Part shown: positions 9,489 to 18,736 of the stretch, piece by piece
Layout of the letters: the number at the start of each line of letters is the position of its first letter
How positions within the stretch are numbered: position 1 is the stretch's first letter
Assembly: GCF_000306885.1 (NCBI RefSeq)
Contig: NC_018267.1
Location: 780,001-812,000 of the forward strand
Reading direction: 5' to 3'
DNA length: 32,000 bases
Origin: Wolbachia endosymbiont of Onchocerca ochengi
GTDB lineage: Bacteria > Pseudomonadota > Alphaproteobacteria > Rickettsiales > Anaplasmataceae
Position numbers and translations under genes: made by a program
Notes under the pieces: generated by a model
Databases searched by the model: none
What the model was told of the DNA's origin: nothing
Seen by the model: the letters and a program-made list of their open reading frames with translations, nothing else

Positions 9489-10709
9489 AAAGCTTTTTAT
9501 GTTACATTAGACCTTTTTTGAAACTTTGTCATTGTTGTAAGCTATAATCTAAATAGATCTACTTACAATTTAAAATAAGTATATATTTTATCGAAATATA
9601 TGCTAAACTGCCATGCTTTTTTCGTTGTCAAATGTGTGATTTTCTTTACAAGATTAGATACATGCTTTTTTAAGGCACTATGGCTTACTTTAGTGATGTT
9701 TTCTAAATTCTTAATTATAAGACGTACATGGTGTTTACCAAGTAAAATTGACATTTTAGCTGAAAGTAGCGGCAAACAGGAATTCAATGCTTTTTCATGT
9801 GCACCTTTTTTTAAAATGAGACTTCTGCTTTTGTAGTGACCTTTGAAAGAAGGTAAGCCGTATGCTAAAGTTACATCTGCATTCTCTTTAGAGACGTTAA
9901 GTACAATGCAAAGTTGAGTAATATCCCTTGTTACTTTTAGTTATTCTCTCGAGAAAACTGTAAGTCAAGTAGACATGCCCTAATACCTCTAAAGAGGTGG
10001 ATAGCTAAAAAAGTAACTGTAAAGATAACGATAATTAACAAAGGGTGTAATAATTCAAATTCTAATATTGCTAGCTGATTCAATAAATAAGTTCTTGCAT
10101 CTTTATCACTGTTTCAAAAATTATGCTTAAACTTTTTTCAGGTTTGTCAAATGCCTAAATATAATTAGGAGGTTTTTTATATTCTTTATTTCTCATATAA
10201 CTTTAATCTTTATATGAAAATTTATAAACCAGATATGAAATTGCTCTATAATTTTTCTGTAAATGGCATATTTCAAGATTTTGAAATACCTCTTTACATA
10301 AATGCGCATATCTAGAGCTATTTCTTGTTCGCCCCGAGAACGAAATGACTATGTATCAAGTTTAGATAGTAATTAATCAACTTCACGATCTAATAGTTTT
10401 GCTCCTTCAATGTGAATAAAAAAGGACAAATACTTCTAATTGTAGTAATTTTCTTGAGTACTTATACCTTCTCTTAAGGGCTTAATAATTACTAACAATT
10501 ACGATACCTCCTTAAACTGACCAATTTCAGTAGCTAATTTTAGCATTTCGGTATTACTATGATTTTTGAAATATTAGGCATATTTGCACTTTTGTCTAGC
10601 TATATTTAATTATAGCCTATTAGTAATAGTATAAAAACGTAGAGAGTGCACTTAAAGTTAATAGGTATAAAATATTATCTTATGATAAGATTATAAGAAA
10701 AACTAGGAC

Positions 10710-11708
10710 TTAACACCAGCCAATTTGCAGGATATGCTGAAAAATCATTCTATGATCTAAATCGTTTGTTTTACAGGTAATTTCCAAACTTATTAATTTC
10801 TCTATAAACTTCTTGAGTTCTAAAAGTTGGAAAATTTTTAGATGAGATTTAAAACTTCGTAATTGTTTAAAGAGTAACGGGGGATGCAGTTGGTTAATTG
10901 CAGCTTGTTCATTCATTCCACTTTGGATTAACAGTAAAACATTTTCAAGATGTAGGAAATAATTTGATATAATACGAATCAGTGCTATTGGTGAAAAATT
11001 TTCTTGTAATATTAATGTATCGGAAACTTTGATGAATTGTGCCATATCTCTGTTTGCTATAGCAGAGAATAGGTTATTGAGTGTAACATAACTATTGCTA
11101 GAAGTTGAAAGGCATAGTTCTATATCAGCAGGTTTAAGATCTTTTCTTTCTCCCAGATATAAAACTAATTTCTCAAGCTCTGAATATATAGGCAAATTAC
11201 TATACTTAAAGTAAGATTGCAAATGATAGATTATTTCAGTTGTATATTTTATGCCATTTCGTTTCAAATAATTTAGTATTATATCGCAAGGGTTACTATT
11301 GCTGTCCTTATAGCAAGCAATGACACCAAAATTTTTTGAGCTTTCCATATAACCTTTAGTTGTAGAGTTATACGGGAGATCGCTTGCTACCATTACTACA
11401 TAATGACCATTTGTATTATAATTCAACACATTCTTCAACTCTTTAGAGATTCCCCTATTTATATTTATCAGTTTAATTAATTTCTTGTTAGTAAACATCG
11501 AAATATTTACCAGCTCAGAAGATAATAAACCAGGTGATTTATCTACTATCGCAAAGTCCATTACCTGAACTGAATATTCATTTAAGCTAGCAATTACTTC
11601 TTGTGCAAAAAAATCTACTCTGTTATTATCGCTTCCATAAATTAATACACCACTTAAAGCATCAGGCTTCTCTAAGAACTTTTTAATCTTAGATGGTGTA
11701 ATCCTCAT
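10710..11708 (-). CDS. holA: DNA polymerase III delta subunit
   Basis: 332-aa ORF. The N-terminus (LEKPDALSGVLIYGSDNNRVDFFAQEV) and overall length and helical C-terminal domain resemble HolA of Rickettsiales. The family is weakly conserved, so this call comes from overall pattern only. Confidence 0.75.
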   Translation of the reverse strand: MRITPSKIKKFLEKPDALSGVLIYGSDNNRVDFFAQEVIASLNEYSVQVMDFAIVDKSPGLLSSELVNISMFTNKKLIKLININRGISKELKNVLNYNTNGHYVVMVASDLPYNSTTKGYMESSKNFGVIACYKDSNSNPCDIILNYLKRNGIKYTTEIIYHLQSYFKYSNLPIYSELEKLVLYLGERKDLKPADIELCLSTSSNSYVTLNNLFSAIANRDMAQFIKVSDTLILQENFSPIALIRIISNYFLHLENVLLLIQSGMNEQAAINQLHPPLLFKQLRSFKSHLKIFQLLELKKFIEKLISLEITCKTNDLDHRMIFQHILQIGWC

Positions 11709-12005
11709 ATCTTTTACATGATATCATTTTTGCTTAATTAAAAAATTGTTGTATAGCATCATATGCATTACTTGCTGTATTCTGCGTGTTATCTGATTAA
11801 TCTGTCTCTCTGAGAGTATATTTATAATAAAATTTTTTTATAAGGGTCAGGTATGTATTTAGAAAAAGTTCTCCTTCAGTCATATTACTTACTCATAAAT
11901 TAATAACTATAACCACATATATATAATAAGAATTATTTTACCATAAAGCAACTGGAATATACATCTAATAACCATTAGATAGATCATTGATAGCCTAAAA
12001 CGGAA

Positions 12006-12815
12006 TTAAGCCAATCTATTTGATATCAACCTTATAAAATAAGCAATAATTAAGTATGTAGCTGCTACAAGTATAATTGTAGGTCCTGTTAGTAAATCAA
12101 AACTTGCAGATAATATCAGGCCTGATATTCCAGAGATCACAGAGAAACCTGTTGCGGCAATAATCATCTGTACTGGAGTTTTTGAGATAAGCCTTGCAGA
12201 TGAGGCTGGTATCAATAAAAATGCAGCGATGAGTAATATTCCTATTAATTGAGCAGACACTGCTATAAATATAGCAAGAGTAATTAAGAATTCTAATCTA
12301 ACCAAACTCACGTTTACTTTCTCAACTATTGCTAAATCTTGATCGATTGAAATCATTAGCCAGTAGCGCCATCTAAATGCTAATATCAGAGTAACTACTA
12401 CTGAGATTAGAAAAATTAATACTATATCACTCTGTTCCAATGTTAATATATCGCCAAATAGGGAATTAATAATACTACTATTGCTAGATGGAAAAAAGGA
12501 CATCAATATTAAACTTGATGATAAAACTACATTAGTAACGATATTTAATATCGTATCAACAGAATATAATCTATTAAAATTAAGGGAAAGTAGTATTGCA
12601 AAAGCAATTGCTATAAGCATTATGCTAATTGATGGACTAATTCTAAAGATCAAAGCTAGTGCAATACCAAGTAACGAAGAATGTGATAAGCTATCACCTA
12701 AATATGATAATCTTTGCCATATCATAAATGATCCTAATATACCTGTCACCAAGCTAATTATAAGTATTGCAATCAGGCTATTAATAAAGAAGCCTTGCAT
12801 AAATATTTCAAACAT
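12006..12815 (-). CDS. znuB: ABC-3 family metal (Zn/Mn) ABC transporter permease
   Basis: 269-aa ORF with about 8 TM helices. Blocks YLGDSLSHSSLLGIALA and LLIPASSARL are typical of ZnuB/MntB/TroD-type permeases. The specific metal is not determinable from sequence alone. Confidence 0.82.
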   Translation of the reverse strand: MFEIFMQGFFINSLIAILIISLVTGILGSFMIWQRLSYLGDSLSHSSLLGIALALIFRISPSISIMLIAIAFAILLSLNFNRLYSVDTILNIVTNVVLSSSLILMSFFPSSNSSIINSLFGDILTLEQSDIVLIFLISVVVTLILAFRWRYWLMISIDQDLAIVEKVNVSLVRLEFLITLAIFIAVSAQLIGILLIAAFLLIPASSARLISKTPVQMIIAATGFSVISGISGLILSASFDLLTGPTIILVAATYLIIAYFIRLISNRLA

Positions 12816-12816
12816 A

Positions 12817-13182
12817 CTACATTACTTTTAGGTAAGTAACAACAAATCTGTTTTCAGATATCAGGACATTATGTGTTCTACATGCTGCATCAGTTGTCAT
12901 AAACTCAAAGTTCAAGCCCTTTTGTTCTGTAAGGTAAGACTTTACTGAAACATTTGTTGTCTTACGTGTTATACCAGTGCCTACTAATAAAATTTCTATT
13001 TCCTCTGTTAAAAAAGACATAAAATGTTCCTTACTATTTATATTACTTTCTTTAAGTTCAATCACTTTTTCAGGGAAAACTATAACCGAGCTACAATATT
13101 CTTGATTCTTTACCAAGAATTTTCCTATCTCGTAACTATATATAAAGTTTTTACTTTGAGGAATTAAAGGGATTATATTCAT
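12817..13182 (-). CDS. Mth938-like domain protein (DUF498 / NDUFAF3-like)
   Basis: 121-aa ORF with blocks ILLVGTGITRK and FEFMTTDAACRTHNVLISENR characteristic of Mth938-domain proteins. It is tightly packed between ispE (3-nt gap) and znuB (1-nt gap). Confidence 0.7.
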   Translation of the reverse strand: MNIIPLIPQSKNFIYSYEIGKFLVKNQEYCSSVIVFPEKVIELKESNINSKEHFMSFLTEEIEILLVGTGITRKTTNVSVKSYLTEQKGLNFEFMTTDAACRTHNVLISENRFVVTYLKVM

Positions 13183-13185
13183 AAA

Positions 13186-14052
13186 TTAAACTATTAACTG
13201 GGTGCCACATACCCACCATTCTGGCTGCTTTTCTCTGATATTTGCTACAGCAGCTTTTGCATTTTTTTCACTATCAAACACTCCAAAACATGCTACACCA
13301 CTACCTGACATGCGAGATAGTACAGAACCTTTTTGAGACTCTAATGCTAATATCACATCCTTAATTTCAGGTACAAGACTTACCGCTATTTCTTGAAGAT
13401 CATTTCTAGTTTCTTTAAGGAGTCTTAATATATCCTTTCCAAGGTCATCGCTCCATTCAATTGGTTTAGAAAAATTTCCTTTATATTTTGAAAATACTTC
13501 TGGTGTGCTCAAAAACTTTTTTTTTGGTTTCACAAGTACTACACTTCTGGGCAAAGAAAATTTTTTTATGGGATATAACTCTTCACCAATACCTCTAACC
13601 AAAACTGGCTTACTATCTATGCTTGCAGGAACGTCAGCACCAATGCTTACAGCTATTTCGTTTAAGATTGATCTGTCAATTCGCCATAACTTTCCTAGTG
13701 TACGTATTACAGCTCCAGCATCTGAGGAACCGCTACCTAAACCTGCAGCAGTTGGCACATTTTTTACAACTTTTATAACGACTTTAGTACGTACAGGAGC
13801 ATATCTGAGCAGTAAATTAATTGCTTTCATTACGGTGTTGTACCTGTTACTTATTTTGAGTTCAGAATTTATGAATTCGACTATAGAGTTATCGTATCTG
13901 GATTCCTTTTCACCTACCTTTATTTCTAAGAAATTTGAAAGATTAGCAAAAACAAGTAAGCCTTCAACTAAATGATATCCTATTTCTTTTTTTTCCATAA
14001 CATGTAAAAAAAGATTAATCTTTGCAGGAGCCTTTACACAAAAACTTTTCAT
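13186..14052 (-). CDS. ispE: 4-diphosphocytidyl-2-C-methyl-D-erythritol kinase
   Basis: N-terminus APAKINLFLHV, GHMP-kinase motif PTAAGLGSGSSDAGAV, and C-terminal MSGSGVACFGVF. 288 aa and intact. Confidence 0.9.
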   Translation of the reverse strand: MKSFCVKAPAKINLFLHVMEKKEIGYHLVEGLLVFANLSNFLEIKVGEKESRYDNSIVEFINSELKISNRYNTVMKAINLLLRYAPVRTKVVIKVVKNVPTAAGLGSGSSDAGAVIRTLGKLWRIDRSILNEIAVSIGADVPASIDSKPVLVRGIGEELYPIKKFSLPRSVVLVKPKKKFLSTPEVFSKYKGNFSKPIEWSDDLGKDILRLLKETRNDLQEIAVSLVPEIKDVILALESQKGSVLSRMSGSGVACFGVFDSEKNAKAAVANIREKQPEWWVCGTQLIV

Positions 14053-14136
14053 TTATATATCTTTTCACTAACACTACTTTTACAGTATATTTTACAATGC
14101 CATTTTAGTCAAATTTTATACAATTTTGCTCTTTTG

Positions 14137-17100
14137 ATGAGATTGAATATCATAAATCCTAATTTTTCTGTATGGATAAATGCATCTGCTGGTACAGGCA
14201 AAACAAAAATCTTAATAGATAGAGTATTAAGACTTTTATTAGAAAATAAGAGAAATATTCTTTGCTTAACACTTACTAATGCTGCAGCGAATGAAATGGC
14301 GAACCGCATTCACACTATACTCAGTAAATGGGCAATGTGCTCAAATAGCGAATTAATTACACATTTGGAACAACTAGGTCTTTCCTTATTGCTACCTAAG
14401 TGTCACCACTCACCATCCCACTCTTTGATGTTATCCCAGTATTCAACACTAAGATCTAAAAAAAGTGAAGTACTTAATCGTTATGTAATTCAAGCAAGAA
14501 AGCTTTTTTCTGAATTGGAAAATCTGGGCTTAACTATACAGACCATACATGCTTTTTGTTACAAATTGATCTCTAGCTCTCCTATGGAGGCTGGTATCGC
14601 TCCAAATTATATGCTGAGTGAGTGCAAAGAATTACATTCCATAGTGTTTGAAAAAACACTTCACAATGAGGCCGTGCAAGATAGTATAAACTCTATTGCA
14701 GTGGAAATTGATGAGAATAGACTACGTGATTTGCTTTACACTTTATGTGTAAGAAGGCCATTGTTATCAACTGATTTGGAATATATCAAAGGTAAGCTGA
14801 ACGTTCTAGATGAAATTCATGATTCAAGGAATGAGATAATTGAGTATGTAAAAAGATTGGTCGAAATATTAAGTAAGGGCAGTAAAAGAGATCGAAGTTA
14901 TAGTGTGATACTTTCTAATTGGTGTAACGGCATAAAACTATCTACTATTCAAGTAGCTGACACTGAGATACAGAAAAAAAGTATAGATTTCGGAGTTATA
15001 CACTGGGATGATTGTAAAATAGAAAACCTAGCTAAGATTTTTTTAAAATCAGAGTCGTATGAAAAAAAAAGTATATCATCTATAATAACAAAGGGTACCT
15101 CAGAGAAATTCAGAGATGCAGAATGGATAGTAGAGAATATTCAGAATATAGTATTCACTTATATAAGTAATGTTAACTCTTACAAAATATTCAAGAGAAC
15201 TAGCAACTTACTCAACATATTTAAAGTATACACTAACTTGTATAACAGTGAAAAAGCAAAAAATGCATTGCTCGACTACAATGATATAATTGATTTAGCA
15301 ACAAACCTTCTGAGCGATCCAGAGTATAAAAATTGGGCATTGTTTAGCCTAGATCAAAAAATAGATCACATTCTTGTTGATGAAGCGCAAGATAATAGTA
15401 TTGGTCAATGGGAAATTATAACAAATCTCTGTGATGAATTTTTTACTGGTGGTAAGGAAAAACGAACCTTATTTGTTGTTGGCGACATAAAACAATCTAT
15501 TTATAGATTTCAAGGAGCAAATCCTCATCTGTTCAACTATATGCAACAATACTTCCATGCAAAAACTGGTGACAGAGACTGGATATCATGCCAACTTAAA
15601 AAATCATTTCGCTCAGCTCCAGAAATTTTAGTCTTTGTAGATAGAATATTTAACAACTTTCGTGAGGAGGTATCTTTTATTAATAGTGAAATAAAACATA
15701 TTCCGCATAGAAAAAATGATCAAGGGTACATTGAAATTTGGCCGTTATTACCAAGATGTAAGGAGGAAGAACAACAGGCCTTACAAATCCACTTAACAGA
15801 TAAGAAAGATCATGTGATATCAGACCGACTACTTGCTCAAACAATAGCTTATAAAATTCATAATTGGTTAAGCAGAAGGCGGATTTTAGTTGCTAAAGAT
15901 CGCCATATAGAACCAAGAGACATTATGATCCTAGTTCGACAAAGAAATGTGTTAGTTGATTATATAATAAATGAGCTTAGAAAAGTAAACGTGCCGGTTG
16001 TAGGACGGGACTATTTTAGGATTATGGACTACATAGTTGTGCAGGATTTAGTAGCTTTAGCTGAATTTTTACTTCTTCCTACAAATGATTTGGCTCTTGC
16101 AAATGTTTTAAAATCACCGCTATTTGACTTTACTGAAGATGATTTATTTAATATTGCATATAATCGCAAAGGACAGTCGTTATGGGAAAGACTTCGTGAT
16201 TATTGCGGGGTTATCTATAGCGAATTAAGTTATCTAATCAATTTATCTCGTACAGAATCGCCTCTTACGTTGTTTACGCATGTAATGCGTACAGGTAAGA
16301 AAAAATTTGCTGCAAGGCTTGGTCTCGAGTACTTTGAGGTTCTGGACGAGTTCATAAACCTTGTGTTACAATTTGAAAACCCGTCTCTTCAAGCATTTAT
16401 TCAGTGGATTAAGGAGAATAACCCGGAAATTAAAAATGATATGCAATCAAAGCGCAATGCTGTGCGAATAATGACAATCCACAAGTCAAAAGGTCTCCAG
16501 GCTCCTATAGTGTTCTTGGTTGATACAAACACAATACCAAGAAATAATGAAAATATTATTTTCGATGCAATGGAAGCACCATTTTGGTGTGGAAAGAATA
16601 GCAACGTTTATTGCGATCGAGTAAAGAGAGAGAGGAGAGTGGAAGACTATGATGAATATCTGCGTTTGCTATATGTAGCACTTACACGTGCTGAAGATGA
16701 ATTATATATTTTAGGTAAAGAGCCAGTGCAAAAAGGTTCTTGGTATGATCTGATTACTAAGCGTCAAGAGTTATATGAAAAGAAACAAGCTTGGTTACAG
16801 CCGATATTTAAAAAAAAAATTGAAGTATTATGCATAAATGCAAACTATCCTTACGCTTATAAAAAACTAGATTATTTTGATGACTCAGTGATTTCGCTTC
16901 CGTCAACACTGGCGATATCATTTCAAGAATCTAGAAAAAAAGAAGGAGAATTAGTGTCAACTATTTACTCTCCTTCCCTGTTTCAGGGTGTGACACTGGA
17001 ATCCAAAGAAAAAGAAGCTCGGATCCCAGTGGTAGCTACTTGGAATGATAGAGGAAAGAGCATTGGGATGACAGACGGTTGTACAAGAGGCTTAATAATT

Positions 17101-17517
17101 CACAGTATGTTGCAGTATATGCCTAAGATAGAGAAAGATAGAAGAAAGAATTGGATTAAGAAGTACCTTGATAATATAAGCACTAGAGAAAAAAAAGATG
17201 AGATCTACAGTAAAATATTAGCCTTTAATAAAAAATATGATTACCTATTTGACTTAGAAGGTAAATCGGAGATTATGCTGAGTGGAATGATCGATGGTGA
17301 ACCAGTACTAGCACGATTGGATAGGTTGTGCATAACGCAGGATAAAGCAATCATAATTGATTACAAATTACACCGTAACATTTCTGCTTCTTCATTAAAT
17401 GAAATAAAAAAGCAAATGTTGACCTACAAAACCCTAGTACAAGAGGTATATCCGAATAAGCAAATAGAGTGTATGGTTATTTGGATAGAAGATTTAACCC
17501 TGCAATCTGATTTTTGA
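14137..17517 (+). CDS. addA: Double-strand break repair helicase-nuclease AddA
   Basis: UvrD-like Walker A INASAGTGKTKIL, IQTIHAFC, DExx box LVDEAQDNS, FVVGDIKQSIYRFQGA, MTIHKSKGLQAP and LLYVALTRAEDELYI. C-terminal PD-(D/E)XK nuclease-like motif RLDRL...IIDYK. The ATG at 14137 follows the ORF-track TTG at 14134. The gene contains three repeat-derived in-frame segments, listed as separate repeat features. Confidence 0.9.
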   Translation: MRLNIINPNFSVWINASAGTGKTKILIDRVLRLLLENKRNILCLTLTNAAANEMANRIHTILSKWAMCSNSELITHLEQLGLSLLLPKCHHSPSHSLMLSQYSTLRSKKSEVLNRYVIQARKLFSELENLGLTIQTIHAFCYKLISSSPMEAGIAPNYMLSECKELHSIVFEKTLHNEAVQDSINSIAVEIDENRLRDLLYTLCVRRPLLSTDLEYIKGKLNVLDEIHDSRNEIIEYVKRLVEILSKGSKRDRSYSVILSNWCNGIKLSTIQVADTEIQKKSIDFGVIHWDDCKIENLAKIFLKSESYEKKSISSIITKGTSEKFRDAEWIVENIQNIVFTYISNVNSYKIFKRTSNLLNIFKVYTNLYNSEKAKNALLDYNDIIDLATNLLSDPEYKNWALFSLDQKIDHILVDEAQDNSIGQWEIITNLCDEFFTGGKEKRTLFVVGDIKQSIYRFQGANPHLFNYMQQYFHAKTGDRDWISCQLKKSFRSAPEILVFVDRIFNNFREEVSFINSEIKHIPHRKNDQGYIEIWPLLPRCKEEEQQALQIHLTDKKDHVISDRLLAQTIAYKIHNWLSRRRILVAKDRHIEPRDIMILVRQRNVLVDYIINELRKVNVPVVGRDYFRIMDYIVVQDLVALAEFLLLPTNDLALANVLKSPLFDFTEDDLFNIAYNRKGQSLWERLRDYCGVIYSELSYLINLSRTESPLTLFTHVMRTGKKKFAARLGLEYFEVLDEFINLVLQFENPSLQAFIQWIKENNPEIKNDMQSKRNAVRIMTIHKSKGLQAPIVFLVDTNTIPRNNENIIFDAMEAPFWCGKNSNVYCDRVKRERRVEDYDEYLRLLYVALTRAEDELYILGKEPVQKGSWYDLITKRQELYEKKQAWLQPIFKKKIEVLCINANYPYAYKKLDYFDDSVISLPSTLAISFQESRKKEGELVSTIYSPSLFQGVTLESKEKEARIPVVATWNDRGKSIGMTDGCTRGLIIHSMLQYMPKIEKDRRKNWIKKYLDNISTREKKDEIYSKILAFNKKYDYLFDLEGKSEIMLSGMIDGEPVLARLDRLCITQDKAIIIDYKLHRNISASSLNEIKKQMLTYKTLVQEVYPNKQIECMVIWIEDLTLQSDF
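14399..14458. repeat. Degenerate palindromic-repeat-like segment, in frame in addA (weak call)
   Basis: Half-sites catcccact (14414-14422) and tatcccagt (14432-14440). Decayed hairpin cccagtattcaacactaag. It encodes an atypical Cys/His/Pro/Ser-rich peptide LPKCHHSPSHSLMLSQYSTLRSKK in a helicase loop region. Confidence 0.35.
14950..15011. repeat. Palindromic-element-like repeat segment, in frame in addA
   Basis: caagtagctgacactgagata (14950-14970) matches the reverse complement of 17022-17042 (gatcccagtggtagctacttg) at 17 of 21 positions. cactgggatga (15001-15011) matches cattgggatga (17061-17071) at 10 of 11. Confidence 0.55.
16994..17073. repeat. Palindromic-element-like repeat segment, in frame in addA
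   Basis: Inverted repeat cactggaatcc (16994-17004) / ggatcccagtg (17021-17031), 10 of 11 complementary, with a 16-nt purine-rich loop. This is followed by agctacttggaatga and cattgggatgaca modules shared with 14950-15011. It encodes TLESKEKEARIPVVATWNDRGKSIGMTD just before the conserved RGxxxHxxLQ block of the nuclease domain. Confidence 0.6.
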
Positions 17518-17525
17518 TGAAACTT

Positions 17526-17568
17526 GAAATGCTATTTACCAATTAATATACATGCATTTCCTTTTTTT
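17526..17568 (+). terminator. Possible intrinsic terminator after addA
   Basis: Perfect 7-bp stem GAAATGC (17526-17532) / GCATTTC (17554-17560) followed by a T7 run (17562-17568). It begins 9 nt after the addA stop. The 21-nt loop is unusually long, so confidence is modest. Confidence 0.35.
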
Positions 17569-18364
17569 GAGAGTTTATAGTATCAAGCTTAAGGTTGTTA
17601 TCCTCTATGTTATACTAAATATAATATATAATCTTATAAAAGGGGTGTATAAAAATGGCTTTTTTTAATTAAACGTTCTTTTAGACACAAAATAAATCAA
17701 AAAGAAGGACTGTATAAAAATACATTTATAGATATGTTGACATTTGAACACTATATAATAATAGCACAAGGACATTTAGCTAATCAAAAGAGTGCACATT
17801 TTATAATCTATTTACACAAGATAAATAGTTTAACGTATTGTATTAGTGTTTTGAAGGTCTTTCATTATTAGACAATACTTTTTACTTATGTGTAAGGTAA
17901 CACGAAAATTTTTTTACTTAGGCTTTCTATACTTAATACTTACTTTAAATAATTAAGTAATTTTTCCAGTTATTGATCATAGGTAGGTTTTTTATTTTCT
18001 TTCTTATAAAACGAGCGAAGGCTTATTTCGAACAAAAGATGATAGAGGTATAGACGTATTGTTGACTATTAGGATTTTATAGTTCTTTCTAGAATTAGCA
18101 TTAAAAATTTTATTTAAATTACTAAAATTTTTTATAATGCTCTTTTCTGTATGCTGAATACAAAATATGCTTTAGAACTGTATAATCAAGCAGTAATTGT
18201 TCATCATCTAGGTTAATTTTCTCTCTTAGGAGTTTTCTATATTATCTTTTGTAATTTTTCACTATTAATAAATTATTTGCTATATATCTTTTACAATAAT
18301 AAATAAGATTATTGAATAAAATAATAAATAAGTTTCTTTGTTATTTTAAGATATCGATAAAAAC

Positions 18365-18393
18365 TTGACTTATGTACTTTACATTCCTAGAAT
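18365..18393 (+). promoter_or_regulatory. Predicted sigma70-type promoter for secG-pyrG-tadA
   Basis: TTGACT (18365-18370), 17-nt spacer, TAGAAT (18388-18393). It lies 22 nt upstream of ATG 18416. The ORF-track TTG start at 18365 is the first three bases of this -35 hexamer. Confidence 0.5.
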
Positions 18394-18415
18394 CTTTGTT
18401 TTAGTCTTACTCATA

Positions 18416-18736
18416 ATGTCAATAACAGTATTAAGTATACTACAAATAATATTGGTTGTCATTTTAGCAACCTTAGTGCTTTCGCGTCCTCCTGGGAGTA
18501 GTTCATTAAGTGGTTTTAATAACTCACAACATGGACTCAATTTAATGGTTTCAGTGAAACATTCAGCAAGTCTGCTTAGCAAAATAACGGCTATAGTTGT
18601 TGGGCTATTTATAGCAAACACATTATTATTGTCAGGATTGTGTTCAAAAAATGTACACAAAAAGTCGATTGTAGAGAAAATTATATCGGAAAAGAAACAA
18701 GAAAATGAATCTACTTCCGTTCCTTTTGAAGATTAA
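18416..18736 (+). CDS. secG: Preprotein translocase subunit SecG
   Basis: Small two-TM protein with an N-terminal helix ([15 protein letters not shown]), a Gly/Ser loop ([10 protein letters not shown]) and a second helix ([19 protein letters not shown]). It sits immediately upstream of pyrG, an arrangement I recall as common in alphaproteobacteria. The start is moved to ATG 18416 because of the promoter at 18365-18393. Confidence 0.72.
   Translation: MSITVLSILQIILVVILATLVLSRPPGSSSLSGFNNSQHGLNLMVSVKHSASLLSKITAIVVGLFIANTLLLSGLCSKNVHKKSIVEKIISEKKQENESTSVPFED

Noticed and set aside
9563-9836. Two mutually overlapping track ORFs (9563-9787 minus, 9600-9836 plus) in the dapB-holA spacer
   Set aside because: Neither has a convincing start, promoter or family motif. 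The minus-strand one is part of a longer stop-free stretch that looks like a remnant and is reported as a finding, not as a gene.
10677-10691. Perfect 15-bp palindrome ATCTTATGATAAGAT just downstream of holA
   Set aside because: A 7+1+7 palindrome is expected by chance several times in 32 kb of DNA this AT-rich. There is no second copy and no adjacent promoter.
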